From the NCBI GenBank assembly GCA_964610465.1, contig CAZSWA010000003.1:6245-70244 (forward strand): 64,000 bases of DNA. Direction: 5' to 3'. The notes beneath the pieces are model-generated. The model saw only the letters and a list, made by a program, of their open reading frames with translations, was not told the origin of the DNA and ran no database searches. Source of the stretch: an uncultured Gammaproteobacteria bacterium. Its GTDB lineage: Bacteria > Patescibacteriota > Microgenomatia > Levybacterales > UBA12049. A program made the translations under genes and the position numbers. Positions 47,790-57,709 of this stretch are shown here, in pieces; position 1 is the first letter of the stretch; every line of letters starts with the position of its first letter.

Positions 47790-48071
47790 TTATTGTGTGG
47801 CTCTCAGGTAGTAGAGTTTTGCGCGTCTGACTCTTTTTCGTGGATGTTCCTTGACTTCTACTTTTTCAATATTGGGAGATGAGATAGGCCAGATTCTTTC
47901 AATTGCGATATGACCTACGAGTTTTCTGACAGTAAAACTCTTATTTTCTCCACGGCCTTTGATAGCAAGTACTGTGCCTTCAAATACCTGAATACGAGTC
48001 TTATCCCCTTCCTGAATTTTCTGATGAACTCGTACAATATCTCCTGGTGCAAAATTAATAGTTGTTGACAT
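47790..48071 (-). CDS. rplS: 50S ribosomal protein L19
   Basis: Sequence 'GDIVRVHQKIQEGDKTRIQVFEGTVLAIKGRG...FTVRKL' is the L19 family signature region. Confidence 0.9.
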   Translation of the reverse strand: MSTTINFAPGDIVRVHQKIQEGDKTRIQVFEGTVLAIKGRGENKSFTVRKLVGHIAIERIWPISSPNIEKVEVKEHPRKRVRRAKLYYLRATQ

Positions 48072-48284
48072 ACAAACGATATTATAGCGGAAAATCCGGA
48101 TTTACTCAAGGTTTAAATGTGTTTCGGGTTGGAGGAGTACCCGATATTACTCGGACAACTCCTCCGAAAAAATCCGCTAGAAGTGGAAACGCACTACTGT
48201 ACTTTCATGGTTCCGCAATTCTTGCGGTTATTTGCTGCTTGTTAACTATTTCATCTCCTTAAGCACTTTCATGCGCTTTTGTAA
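48072..48284 (-). other. GC-enriched, hairpin-rich 5' leader region upstream of rplS (possible r-protein leader or structured ncRNA)
   Basis: Hairpins GGAGGAGT..ACTCCTCC (with inner CCGA/TCGG), CCGCAA-TTC-TTGCGG, and the palindrome AAATCCGGATTT. Confidence 0.3.
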
Positions 48285-48899
48285 CTACTCTTCAATGCAT
48301 TGCTCTAAGCCGGGATCTGCTTCAAGAGCATATTCAACAGCATGAGCAGCATTAGTAACAGTATCATCAACTTCAGCTCCACGTGTGTGAATAGCTGCAT
48401 CAGCACTCTGAGCGGCCCACGCAGCATTAGCCGCTGCCTGAGCAGCAAGATAAGCTGGACCAGAAACATCGACAGCAACAGCACCCGGCAATGCAGCAAA
48501 ACGATTGTATATGGTGGAATGCTGCATTACCTGTTTTGCTGCCTCAATTGCTATCCTTGGACAACTGTCAGTTGGATAGTACTTGTTGAACTTTCTGAGC
48601 ACTTGCTCAGCCGAAAAGATAGCTAGAGCCGCATAGTCTTTCACCTTCCATCTCCAAGCACGAACTACGCGTAACTGCAACCGTGGTTGGTCATTAACTG
48701 ACCAAGCTCTAATTTCAACTTCCGCAAGGATTTCTCCTCGCGAATACATGAATGCATCCAATATGGATGTGGAACAATAAAGCTCCCTGCTATAAAGAGC
48801 AGCAAGTTCTTGTACTGTGTGCCATTTCCCAATGTCCCAATGGATTTCTCCATTTTCTGAGACAGGTCTTTCTTGATACCGCACAAACTTGTACAGCAT
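48285..48899 (-). CDS. hypothetical protein with Ala-rich C-terminal region (204 aa)
   Basis: Longest ORF in a locally GC-rich stretch. Third codon positions remain A/T-biased (GCT/GTT/GAT), indicating native coding. Overlapping ORFs in other frames are composition artefacts. Confidence 0.45.
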   Translation of the reverse strand: MLYKFVRYQERPVSENGEIHWDIGKWHTVQELAALYSRELYCSTSILDAFMYSRGEILAEVEIRAWSVNDQPRLQLRVVRAWRWKVKDYAALAIFSAEQVLRKFNKYYPTDSCPRIAIEAAKQVMQHSTIYNRFAALPGAVAVDVSGPAYLAAQAAANAAWAAQSADAAIHTRGAEVDDTVTNAAHAVEYALEADPGLEQCIEE

Positions 48900-49064
48900 G
48901 TCACTGCTCCTTCGAAAGTCACTACCATATCAAAAAGGCAGCGACCCTTGTGACTCTTCCGGAATCACAAGAGAACTACCTTTTTGGAAAAGCTTAATTA
49001 CAATAATTTAAAGAGCAAACATGAAGAGCATACTATGTATATAGGCCTTTTGTAAAGCTATGGG

Positions 49065-50789
49065 CTATTTTGAAGAGCTTGTGCGAAGCTGAGACAGAGA
49101 AGCTTGGGAAGTCTGATTGTCAACGCACGCCTTGATGAAACCCAAAAATATAGGATGGGGCTTGAGCGGTCTACTCTTGTATTCTGGATGACCCTGTGTT
49201 CCAAGATAGAACGGATGTTCATTTTGTGGAAGCTCAATTATTTCAACCAGACTTTCATTGACTGAACGGGCGCTTATAATAAGTCCTTTGTCTTCAAATT
49301 CCTTAGCAAATTTATTGTTAAATTCATATCTGTGCCTATGCCGTTCACTGGTCAATCCTTTCTTCTCATCGATAAATTCATTGTACTTCTTGTACAAACT
49401 ATCAGCCAATGTGCCTTTCTTGACTATCGCATCCCATGCACCAAGCCTCATTGTGCCTCCATAGGCTCGTCTTTCCATAAATTCTTTTTGAGCTGGAATA
49501 AGATACACCACAGGATGGGAAGATTTGGGATCGTTTTCTGATGTGTTGGCATCTTTCCACCCCAATACATCTCGAGCGAAAGCGACCACTGCCAGCTGCA
49601 TGCCAAAACAAAGTCCAAGATAAGGAAATTTTTTCTCTCGTGCATATCCTGCTGCCTGTATCATCCCTTCTGCTCCCCGTTCTCCCCAACCAATTGGTAC
49701 TATTATGCCATCAGGTTTGCCAATTACTTTTTCTGCTCCTTCTTTCTCTACTTGTTCAGCACTTACCCATACAGTATCTACATCAACTCCAAGCTGCCAT
49801 TTGGCATGATCAATTGCATCAAAAAGCGCTGCATAGGAATCACGAAGCTGATAATCTCCAGTACCAAAGTACTTTCCGACAATTGCAATCTTCAGTTTTG
49901 TATCCTTTTTTGCCTCAATTTTTTTAAGAAGGCCTCGCCATGGATCAAGTTTTGGTTCTCTGACAGGCAATTTAAGTTTTTGAAGAATTCTTGTGTCCAA
50001 TTCCTGTTCATGAAGCATCAAAGGTATTTCATATGGTGAAGTTAAATCTGGGTTGGAAATAATATCTTCAGGATGCATATTGCAGAAAAGCGCAAATCTA
50101 TCCCGCCGTCTTTTGTCCAGGTATTTTTCAGAACGGGCAACAATAAAATCGGGCTGAATACCCATAGAATTCAAAGTTCGTACAGAAAGTTGAGTAGGTT
50201 TTGTCTTCGGTTCACCCAGATGTCCGGGTGTTGGTACATAACTTACATGAATATGCAGTACGTCTCCTGGTTTGCGAAGCGTCATGATACGTGCCGTTTC
50301 ATAATAAAGGACATTTTGATACTCGCCTGCTGTCCCTCCAAGCTCTATCACGACAATATCAGCATCCATTTTTTGAGCAACATTTTCAATTCGTGAAGTA
50401 ATCTCATCTGTGATATGCGGTATTGCTTCAACATCTTCTCCTTTATATTCAAATCTACGTTCCCGCTCTATAACTGTTGTATAGATACTCCCCATCGTGA
50501 CAAAATTATTCCGTCCTAAGTCCTGATCCAGAAACTTCTCATAGGTCCCAATATCCATATCAGCTTCAGTCCCGTCTTCACAAAGAAACGGATCACCATG
50601 CTCGATGGGATTGATAGTCCCTGCATCAACATTGAGATAGTTTTCAAATTTAATGGGTGCAATTTTATAACCTGCGAGCTTGAGAAGAAGAGAGATTGAA
50701 GCTGCGGTGGTACCTTTGCCGATTCCTGAGATTACCCCGCCTGAGACAAATATATACTTTGTGCTTTTTTTAGAATTGTTAAGCGGCAC
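49065..50789 (-). CDS. pyrG: CTP synthase
   Basis: 'KYIFVSGGVISGIGKGTTAAS' N-terminal P-loop-like motif and a C-terminal glutamine amidotransferase region with 'GLCFGMQ'. Confidence 0.9.
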   Translation of the reverse strand: MPLNNSKKSTKYIFVSGGVISGIGKGTTAASISLLLKLAGYKIAPIKFENYLNVDAGTINPIEHGDPFLCEDGTEADMDIGTYEKFLDQDLGRNNFVTMGSIYTTVIERERRFEYKGEDVEAIPHITDEITSRIENVAQKMDADIVVIELGGTAGEYQNVLYYETARIMTLRKPGDVLHIHVSYVPTPGHLGEPKTKPTQLSVRTLNSMGIQPDFIVARSEKYLDKRRRDRFALFCNMHPEDIISNPDLTSPYEIPLMLHEQELDTRILQKLKLPVREPKLDPWRGLLKKIEAKKDTKLKIAIVGKYFGTGDYQLRDSYAALFDAIDHAKWQLGVDVDTVWVSAEQVEKEGAEKVIGKPDGIIVPIGWGERGAEGMIQAAGYAREKKFPYLGLCFGMQLAVVAFARDVLGWKDANTSENDPKSSHPVVYLIPAQKEFMERRAYGGTMRLGAWDAIVKKGTLADSLYKKYNEFIDEKKGLTSERHRHRYEFNNKFAKEFEDKGLIISARSVNESLVEIIELPQNEHPFYLGTQGHPEYKSRPLKPHPIFLGFIKACVDNQTSQASLSQLRTSSSK

Positions 50790-50842
50790 GACTTATGTTA
50801 TCAAATCATGACGTGAAGAGTCAATAAGAGATAAAAGACGTG

Positions 50843-50914
50843 AGCGGCGGACCGGATTCGAACCGGCGACCTTCTCCTTGGGAAGGAGACATTCTACCAC
50901 TGAACTACCGCCGC
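50843..50914 (-). tRNA. tRNA-Gly (anticodon CCC)
   Basis: Folds as GCGGCGG acceptor, GTTC D-stem, anticodon loop TT-CCC-AA, T-arm GCCGG-TTCGAAT-CCGGT. Discriminator U; no encoded CCA. Confidence 0.85.
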
Positions 50915-51130
50915 AAATACGTTTTTCTCTTATTTACTACCAAAATGATAGCATAAAACCTGCGTATTTACAGTAGTTTTGTCCGTCTCCATGCAAATAG
51001 TTTCCAAATCCCTTTTGATTCGCATATGTGTTTACACTTTTGCGAAAATATATGAATGTTCAGAGCTGATTTGGATATCTTAGAAAAAACTAACAATGTA
51101 ACTTTAATGAAAACTAGCCGTTGATGTCTC

Positions 51131-51958
51131 TTAGCCGTTTCTTGGAATTTTAAGCATATTACCTGAATGAATAATATCTGGGTTATCTAGATTATTTGCT
51201 TTTGCGATATCTACCCATTTATATCCATCTCCATATGCTCGTACCGCTATATTCCAAAGACTATCGCCTTTTACAATTGTATAGGTATTTCCCGTTATTC
51301 TGTTTGTTATAACAGTATTTGTTTGAGGAGCAGCTGTTATTGTAACGGTTGCAATTTTTGGTTCAACACTTGGTATTACCAACTTGCTTCCTTTATAAAT
51401 TGTTCCAGGGTCGGTAATATTGTTTGCCTTTGCGATATCCACCCAATTATATCCACTTTTGTATTCCTTTTCTGCAATTACCCAGAGATTATCACCTGCA
51501 GCTACTGTATACGTTTGACCTTTAACTGGTTTTGCTACTGGATTGGTAGTTACTGTTTTCTTCTTTTGATTGGTTTTTTGTGCTATTGCTTTGGTAATGG
51601 TTGGTACTTGTGTGAGAGTTGGTGTTAGAGCAAAAGTTACCTTTACAGTAGGTACAATAGTGACAGTTGGTGATAAATGAACAGTTGGCGATATCTGTTT
51701 AGGTGCTTTGGAAACATTTTGAGTATTTTGGGCAATTTGTTGATTTGATTGACTGACTTTGTTTACTTTATTACTTTTCGCAAATGATAATAACAAGATT
51801 GTTGAGATAACTACTACTATGATTCCTAAAAGTAAACTGGTATATGATTCACCTAACTTAAAGAAGTCCAAAAAGCTTTGACGAGTGACTCCTTTTTGAG
51901 AAGATACCCGTGATGTTTTTGTTGTTTGAGATTTTTTGTTTCCTGCCTTTTTTGCCAT
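51131..51958 (-). CDS. LysM-domain peptidoglycan-binding protein (N-terminal TM, two C-terminal LysM repeats)
   Basis: Two 'YTV..GD.LW.IA...Y..GY.WVDIAKAN' LysM repeats. GGAGGTG SD upstream. Confidence 0.8.
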   Translation of the reverse strand: MAKKAGNKKSQTTKTSRVSSQKGVTRQSFLDFFKLGESYTSLLLGIIVVVISTILLLSFAKSNKVNKVSQSNQQIAQNTQNVSKAPKQISPTVHLSPTVTIVPTVKVTFALTPTLTQVPTITKAIAQKTNQKKKTVTTNPVAKPVKGQTYTVAAGDNLWVIAEKEYKSGYNWVDIAKANNITDPGTIYKGSKLVIPSVEPKIATVTITAAPQTNTVITNRITGNTYTIVKGDSLWNIAVRAYGDGYKWVDIAKANNLDNPDIIHSGNMLKIPRNG

Positions 51959-52184
51959 TATTGTTATTCACCTCCCTTCGCCATCCGAAGCTTTACGCGA
52001 AGGATGGTTTCGCTCCTCATTTTCTTTCTCTAAATATACCTAGTTGAGGTTCTAGGCTTCGGGGACCTTCGGCCCCCTTTCTCTTTTTTTAATTTAAAAT
52101 AACAAAAGTATTGCAATGTCGCAGAATTGCGACGCCTTTTTAGGCAGATTTATTTATATATGAGTTGGAGCAAAATGCTCTTTG

Positions 52185-52258
52185 CGGGGCCGACGGGACT
52201 CGAACCCGCGACCTCTTCCGTGACAGGGAAGCGCTCTAACCAACTGAGCTACGACCCC
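52185..52258 (-). tRNA. tRNA-Asp (anticodon GUC)
   Basis: GGGGTCG acceptor (one G-U pair), anticodon loop CT-GTC-AC, T-arm GCGGG-TTCGAGT-CCCGT. Discriminator G. Confidence 0.85.
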
Positions 52259-52330
52259 ATATTAAAAATATAAAAAAAACGGCTTACCGAAAAGCCCACA
52301 GTATCGTATCAAATTATTGCAGCTGCGTCA

Positions 52331-54118
52331 ATGCTCTGCTACACTCATTGTATGACAAATGACGAGATTACAAAGCTATTACGTAATGTCGCAGCAGCTT
52401 ACAGTATAAAAGATGAAAAAAAATATCGCTTTCAAATACTTGCCTATCAAAAAGCAGCAGATTCTATAGAACATTTGACAACTGAATTGCAAGAACTTCA
52501 TAATTTAGATAAGTTACACCATATTCCAGGCATCGGCCCTTCAATTCAGGCTCATCTTGAAGAATTGTTTAAAACAGGTAAAGTAAAACATTTTGAAGAA
52601 ATTCTCAAAGGAGTTCCTGAGGCAGTATTTCCCCTTCTTCAGATACCTTCCTTCGGACCAAAAAAAGCATTTCGCTTGGTTGATGCATTTAAACTCAAAA
52701 ATCCTGAAACAGTGATGCAAGATATTGTCATGCTTGGTGCTGAAGGAAAAATTGCCCAACTTGATGGCTTTGGGGAAAAATCTCAAGACGATATATTACA
52801 GGCAATAAGTGAGTTTGGACAAGGCAAAACCAAAACTGCTCGTATGGTGCTTCCTTATGCCAGTGAACTGGCAGACAAAATTGTTGAATATCTTAAAAAA
52901 TCAAGTGCAGTAAAACAAATTTCTCCTCTAGGCAGCTTACGAAGACGAGTTTCGACTATTGGAGATGTTGATATTGCAGTCGCAACAGAAAAACCTGAGG
53001 AAGTACTTGAATATTTTACAAAATATCCACATAAAGAACGGGTTATTGAACGAGGTGAGAGAACCTCTTCAATTCTTGTAGCAGGCGGCAAACAGATTGA
53101 CCTTATGACACAGCCGGTAAAGGGTTTTGGTGCGCTTCTGCAGCATTTTACAGGCAGTAAAGCGCATAATATCCACCTTCGTGACTATGCGTTATCAAAA
53201 GGGCTTTCCTTATCAGAATACGGGATTAAGAAAAAAGGTAGTATGGAAATTACGATGTATGATTCAGAAGAGAATTTTTATGATGCATTAGGTATGCAAT
53301 GGATTCCTCCTGAGATAAGAGAAAACACAGGAGAGATTGAACTGGCAATACAGCATAACTTACCAACATTGGTAGAGTTGAAAGATATTAAAGGTGATTT
53401 CCATATTCACTCAAATTACCCAATTGAACCAAGCCATGACTTAGGAATTAACTCAATGGAGGATATGATAAAAAAAGCAATAAAGCTTAATTATACGTTC
53501 CTTGCATTCTCAGAACATAATCCAAGTATTTCTAAGCATACGCCACAACAAATTTTCTCTATTCTTGAAAAAAGGAGTAAATATATTGAACACTTGAGGC
53601 TAGAGTACAATAAATATATTCGGTTATTTATTTTACTCGAGACCGATATTTTACCAAACGGAAAGTTGGCAATCGATAACGATGCGTTATCACTTCTTGA
53701 TGGCACAATTGTTTCAGTACATAGTTCTTTTGGGATGGATAAAAAAACAATGACTGAAAGGGTGCTGAAAGGATTATCACATCCCAAAGCAAAAATACTA
53801 GCACACCCGACTGGAAGACTTTTAAATCAAAGACCCGGATATGATTTGGAATGGGACAGGCTATTTGAGTTCTGCCAAAAAGAAGATAAAGCAATTGAGA
53901 TAAACGCATGGCCTTTACGCCTTGACTTACCGGATGTACTTGTACGAGAAGCTATAAATAAAGGAGTAAAAATGGTTATAGATACCGATAGTCACGCAGT
54001 AAACCATATGAATTTGATGCAATATGGAGTATCTGTTGCGCGTCGGGGTTGGGCAACAAGAAGTGACATTTGTAACACATTTGACTATAATGAAATTGAG
54101 AAATGGTTTAAAAAGTAA
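52331..54118 (+). CDS. polX: family X DNA polymerase with C-terminal PHP phosphoesterase domain (PolX)
   Basis: HhH 'IPGIGPSIQAHL', nucleotidyltransferase 'GSLRRRVSTIGDVDIAV', and PHP His/Asp clusters ('DFHIHSNY', 'FSEHNP', 'DTDSH'). Confidence 0.85.
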   Translation: MLCYTHCMTNDEITKLLRNVAAAYSIKDEKKYRFQILAYQKAADSIEHLTTELQELHNLDKLHHIPGIGPSIQAHLEELFKTGKVKHFEEILKGVPEAVFPLLQIPSFGPKKAFRLVDAFKLKNPETVMQDIVMLGAEGKIAQLDGFGEKSQDDILQAISEFGQGKTKTARMVLPYASELADKIVEYLKKSSAVKQISPLGSLRRRVSTIGDVDIAVATEKPEEVLEYFTKYPHKERVIERGERTSSILVAGGKQIDLMTQPVKGFGALLQHFTGSKAHNIHLRDYALSKGLSLSEYGIKKKGSMEITMYDSEENFYDALGMQWIPPEIRENTGEIELAIQHNLPTLVELKDIKGDFHIHSNYPIEPSHDLGINSMEDMIKKAIKLNYTFLAFSEHNPSISKHTPQQIFSILEKRSKYIEHLRLEYNKYIRLFILLETDILPNGKLAIDNDALSLLDGTIVSVHSSFGMDKKTMTERVLKGLSHPKAKILAHPTGRLLNQRPGYDLEWDRLFEFCQKEDKAIEINAWPLRLDLPDVLVREAINKGVKMVIDTDSHAVNHMNLMQYGVSVARRGWATRSDICNTFDYNEIEKWFKK

Positions 54119-54241
54119 ACTCTTGTAAAAGATGTAGTAAGTCTTAGCCATTAGAACATTTCTTTATTTGATAGAATAAAAAACTAAAGAAAGGAGGACG
54201 AAAATCCCTAAGAGTGAGAAAGACGAAGGGGAGAAAAATAT

Positions 54242-54793
54242 ATGTCATTACCAGTCATAGGAATAATAGTTATTGTCGCTTTTCTTCTTTACATGTGGTA
54301 CGTGTACAATAGCCTGATTACTGCCAAGTACCGAGTTTCCGAAGCATTTTCTCAAATAGATGTTCAGCTCAAAAGAAGAACAGATCTTATTCCCAATCTT
54401 GTTGAGACAGTTAAAGGATATGCCAAACATGAAAAGGAACTATTTGAAAATGTCACAAAAGCACGCGCAAGTCTTATGTCTGCTTCATCAGCAACAGATA
54501 AGGCAAAGGCTAATAATCAACTTTCAGAAACGCTTAAGTCACTTTTTGCAGTCGCAGAAAATTATCCTGATTTAAAAGCAAGCCAAAGCTTTTTAAGTTT
54601 GCAGGAAGAGCTTTCAGATACAGAAAATAAGATTGCCTACTCAAGGCAATTTTACAATTCAAATGTTCTTGATTATAATAGCAAACTTGCAATATTCCCA
54701 AGTGTGTTTTTTGCAAGAATGTTGAATTTTAAGCCAACAGACTTTTTTGAAGCAGAGGAAAATGAGAAGAAGCCGGTGAAAGTGAATTTCTAA
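54242..54793 (+). CDS. lemA: LemA family membrane protein
   Basis: N-terminal TM plus the conserved 'YN..I....[31 protein letters not shown]' LemA core. Confidence 0.85.
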   Translation: MSLPVIGIIVIVAFLLYMWYVYNSLITAKYRVSEAFSQIDVQLKRRTDLIPNLVETVKGYAKHEKELFENVTKARASLMSASSATDKAKANNQLSETLKSLFAVAENYPDLKASQSFLSLQEELSDTENKIAYSRQFYNSNVLDYNSKLAIFPSVFFARMLNFKPTDFFEAEENEKKPVKVNF

Positions 54794-54887
54794 TTTTTGT
54801 TATAAATTAATCCTGAGGATTGCAAAACGAAGAATTTAGAAACAGAAATGAATGTTGAACGTAAAAGTTTAGCATGATATTTTATTT

Positions 54888-55787
54888 ATGAATATTTATT
54901 CTGCAATTAGAGGTAATGTTTTGAAGAGCTGGGTAATTATGGCTCTATTTGTTATCTTTGTGACTACAATCGCATATGTGATTGGCAAAGCTACAGGCTA
55001 TGGAATCCCATTCACATTTATTGCTCTTGTCATTGCAGTAGTATCAAGTGTAGGCAGTTATTATTACTCAGATCAAGTAGTCCTCAGTACTTCACAAGCT
55101 GAACCAATTGAGAAAAAGGATAACCCAGAGCTTTATAGAATTGTTGAAAATCTCGCAATTGGTGACGGGTTACCTACACCCAAAGTCTATATTATTAATG
55201 ATCCTTCTCCAAATGCCTTTGCAACTGGACGTGACACAAAGCATGCATCAGTTGCAGTAACCAGCGGAATTCTGGAGCGCTTGAATAAGTCAGAACTGGA
55301 AGGAGTGATAGCGCATGAGTTATCACATGTGAAAAATTTTGATACGCGTCTTATGATGATTACGGCGGTACTCGTTGGATTTGTGGCAATACTTGGTGAG
55401 ATATTTACACGAAACCTTATCTGGGGAAATGTAAGACGACGTGATGATGAAGAAAACCGCGTGCAAGTAATATTCTTGATTCTTGGGCTTATTTTTGCCA
55501 TACTTTCGCCTCTTATTGCAAGTCTTATTCAAGTGGCAATATCTAGAAAAAGAGAATTCCTCGCTGATGCATCAGGTGCGCTTTTGACTAGGTATCCTGA
55601 AGGATTGGCAAATGCTCTTGAAAAAATCTCATCAGATCCAAGACCGCTTAAAAGTGCTTCTAACGCAACTGCTCACCTTTTTATTGTAAATCCGTTTAAG
55701 GGCAAAGGGTTACAAGGATGGTTTGCCTCATTATTTAATACTCATCCGCCTGTTGAAGAAAGAATCAAAATTTTAAGGTCAATGTAA
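54888..55787 (+). CDS. htpX: M48-family membrane zinc metalloprotease HtpX
   Basis: 'HELSHVKNFD' HExxH, four TM segments and a distal Glu in 'REFLADA'. Classic lemA-htpX pairing. Confidence 0.85.
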   Translation: MNIYSAIRGNVLKSWVIMALFVIFVTTIAYVIGKATGYGIPFTFIALVIAVVSSVGSYYYSDQVVLSTSQAEPIEKKDNPELYRIVENLAIGDGLPTPKVYIINDPSPNAFATGRDTKHASVAVTSGILERLNKSELEGVIAHELSHVKNFDTRLMMITAVLVGFVAILGEIFTRNLIWGNVRRRDDEENRVQVIFLILGLIFAILSPLIASLIQVAISRKREFLADASGALLTRYPEGLANALEKISSDPRPLKSASNATAHLFIVNPFKGKGLQGWFASLFNTHPPVEERIKILRSM

Positions 55788-55860
55788 TATATAAAAATCT
55801 GAATATCGAAATTCGAAATATTATTTTCCTTAATTCGTAATTCTGATTCTTACTTCTTTT

Positions 55861-57153
55861 ATGTTTAATCTGTTACTCATTACCATTGGCAAACTTATTA
55901 CCCAACTCAGCAAACTTCTAAATTTAGGTAATGGTTCCACATGGCCTGGACATATTGCCTTATCTCTCAATAAAAATTTCATCAGGGAAATTGTAAAAAA
56001 TTCCAATCTTAAAATCATCCTTATCGCAGGAACTAATGGCAAAACGACTACCTCACGCCTTTCCCGCTCAATTCTCCTCCATAGTGGAAAGAACGTGCTC
56101 CTCAATGAATCAGGCGCAAATTTACTTAATGGCATTGCTTCAACTCTTCTTTTGCATACAAATTTAGAAGGAAAAGTAAATAAAGAATATGCAATTTTTG
56201 AAATAGATGAGAATACTCTACCACTTATTCTTAAAGAACTAACACCAGACTTTGTGGTGCTTCTTAATCTCTTTCGTGATCAACTTGATAGATATGGAGA
56301 AGTCGATAATATTGCCAGAAACTGGAAGACAGCATTCGCTGCATTACCTGCATCTACTACCCTTATCTTAAATGCTGATGATCCTCAAATTGCCTATCTT
56401 GGTGAAGAAATCAAAGCGCGAACTATATACTTTGGTCTTGATGATAAGAAATCAATTCAAACTATGCCGCAACATGCATCAGACTCGATTTATTGTCCAA
56501 GATGTTCAGAACGACTCTTTTTTAAAACAGTCTATTTCTCCCATATTGGAATTTGGGAATGCAGGAATTGTAAACTGAAACGGCCGACACTCAATATTAA
56601 TTCCTATTCGTACTATCCTCTTCCTGGTGTCTATAACAAATACAATATTCATGCAGTAGTACTTCTTACCAGAACGCTTGGGATAGACAATACAGATATT
56701 GATGAAGCAGTCAAAAACTTCAAACCTGCATTTGGCAGACAGGAAATTGTGAAGTATAAAAATAAACAGATTCGTATTTTTCTTTCCAAAAATCCAACCA
56801 GCTACAATGAATCACTAAGAACTGTACAAGAACTTGATGCAAAAACAGTGCTTCTTATACTAAACGACCATATTGCTGACGGAAGGGACGTTTCATGGAT
56901 TTGGGATATTGATATGGAAAAATATCTTCCCTCTTTTGAACATATTTTGATAACAGGCACTAGAGCATATGATATGGGATTAAGAGTAAAATACGCGACA
57001 GGAAGTCAAAAGTTTACACTATTGGAAAATATACAAGAAGCGGTTGAACAAGGAATACAGAGCTTAAAGGATAGTGAAACTTTATATATTTTGCCAACTT
57101 ATACAGCGATGCTTGATGTAAGAAAAATTATAACAGGAAGGAAGATTTTATAA
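55861..57153 (+). CDS. murT: lipid II isoglutaminyl synthase subunit MurT (Mur ligase domain plus DUF1727, Cys4 ribbon)
   Basis: 'IAGTNGKTTT', 'NESGAN', 'FRDQLDRYGEVD', 'LNADDP', and 'CPRC...C..C' track Staphylococcus MurT closely. Confidence 0.85.
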   Translation: MFNLLLITIGKLITQLSKLLNLGNGSTWPGHIALSLNKNFIREIVKNSNLKIILIAGTNGKTTTSRLSRSILLHSGKNVLLNESGANLLNGIASTLLLHTNLEGKVNKEYAIFEIDENTLPLILKELTPDFVVLLNLFRDQLDRYGEVDNIARNWKTAFAALPASTTLILNADDPQIAYLGEEIKARTIYFGLDDKKSIQTMPQHASDSIYCPRCSERLFFKTVYFSHIGIWECRNCKLKRPTLNINSYSYYPLPGVYNKYNIHAVVLLTRTLGIDNTDIDEAVKNFKPAFGRQEIVKYKNKQIRIFLSKNPTSYNESLRTVQELDAKTVLLILNDHIADGRDVSWIWDIDMEKYLPSFEHILITGTRAYDMGLRVKYATGSQKFTLLENIQEAVEQGIQSLKDSETLYILPTYTAMLDVRKIITGRKIL

Positions 57154-57705
57154 ATGAAACACCTGAATTCCTTAACTTTTATAACCGGTAATCTTAACAA
57201 AGTAAAATGGTTACAGGAATACCTGGAAATTCCAATTACCCATCAGGAAATAGATTTAGTGGAAATCCAATCACTGGATTTAAAAGAAATAGTAACATAC
57301 AAGGCAAAAGAAGCATATGCGCAAATAAAAAAAACTGTTTTGGTTGAAGATACCTCACTTACTTTTTCTGCAATGGGCAAACTTCCCGGCCCTCTTATTA
57401 AATGGTTTCTGCAAGAACTTGGAAATGAAGGATTATGTATATTATTAAATGCGTATCAAGACAGAACTGCACTTGCGGAAGTTCTGTTTGGCTTATATGA
57501 TGGAAAAGAATTACATCTCTTTGAAGCCAAGAAAAAAGGCACAATAGCTGATTCACCTGAAGGAAGCTTTGGATTTGGTTGGGACAGCATATTTATCCCT
57601 GAAGGAAGTAGAAAAACGTGGGGACAAATGACAAAAGACGAATTAAAAGAGACCTCTCTTCGAAGACTGGCACTGGAAAAACTAGAAAAATACTTACAAC
57701 AATAA
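57154..57705 (+). CDS. rdgB: non-canonical purine NTP pyrophosphatase (Ham1/RdgB/ITPase family)
   Basis: 'ITGNLNK' substrate-binding start, 'VLVEDTSL', 'PGPLIKWF', and 'GFGWDSIFIPEG' motifs. Confidence 0.7.
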   Translation: MKHLNSLTFITGNLNKVKWLQEYLEIPITHQEIDLVEIQSLDLKEIVTYKAKEAYAQIKKTVLVEDTSLTFSAMGKLPGPLIKWFLQELGNEGLCILLNAYQDRTALAEVLFGLYDGKELHLFEAKKKGTIADSPEGSFGFGWDSIFIPEGSRKTWGQMTKDELKETSLRRLALEKLEKYLQQ

Positions 57706-57709
57706 ATTT

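Noticed and set aside
48072-48284. Possibility that the structured region upstream of rplS is tmRNA, SRP RNA or RNase P RNA
   Set aside because: None of the expected conserved motifs is present. There is no GGGG...CCA tRNA-like ends with T-loop GGTTCGA, no GGAAGCAGCCAAGG-type SRP domain IV motif, and no AGGAAAGUCCGGGC P4. The region is also too short for RNase P.
48305-48997. Four overlapping ORFs (48305..48499-, 48342..48626+, 48665..48928-, 48752..48997+) in the GC-rich patch
   Set aside because: They are artefacts of locally high GC removing AT-rich stop codons. Only the 48285..48899 minus frame keeps the genome's A/T third-position bias.
50790-52330. Integrated mobile element at the tRNA-Gly/tRNA-Asp locus
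   Set aside because: No integrase, recombinase, transposase or direct-repeat attachment sites are recognisable. The only cargo is a LysM protein with native composition.
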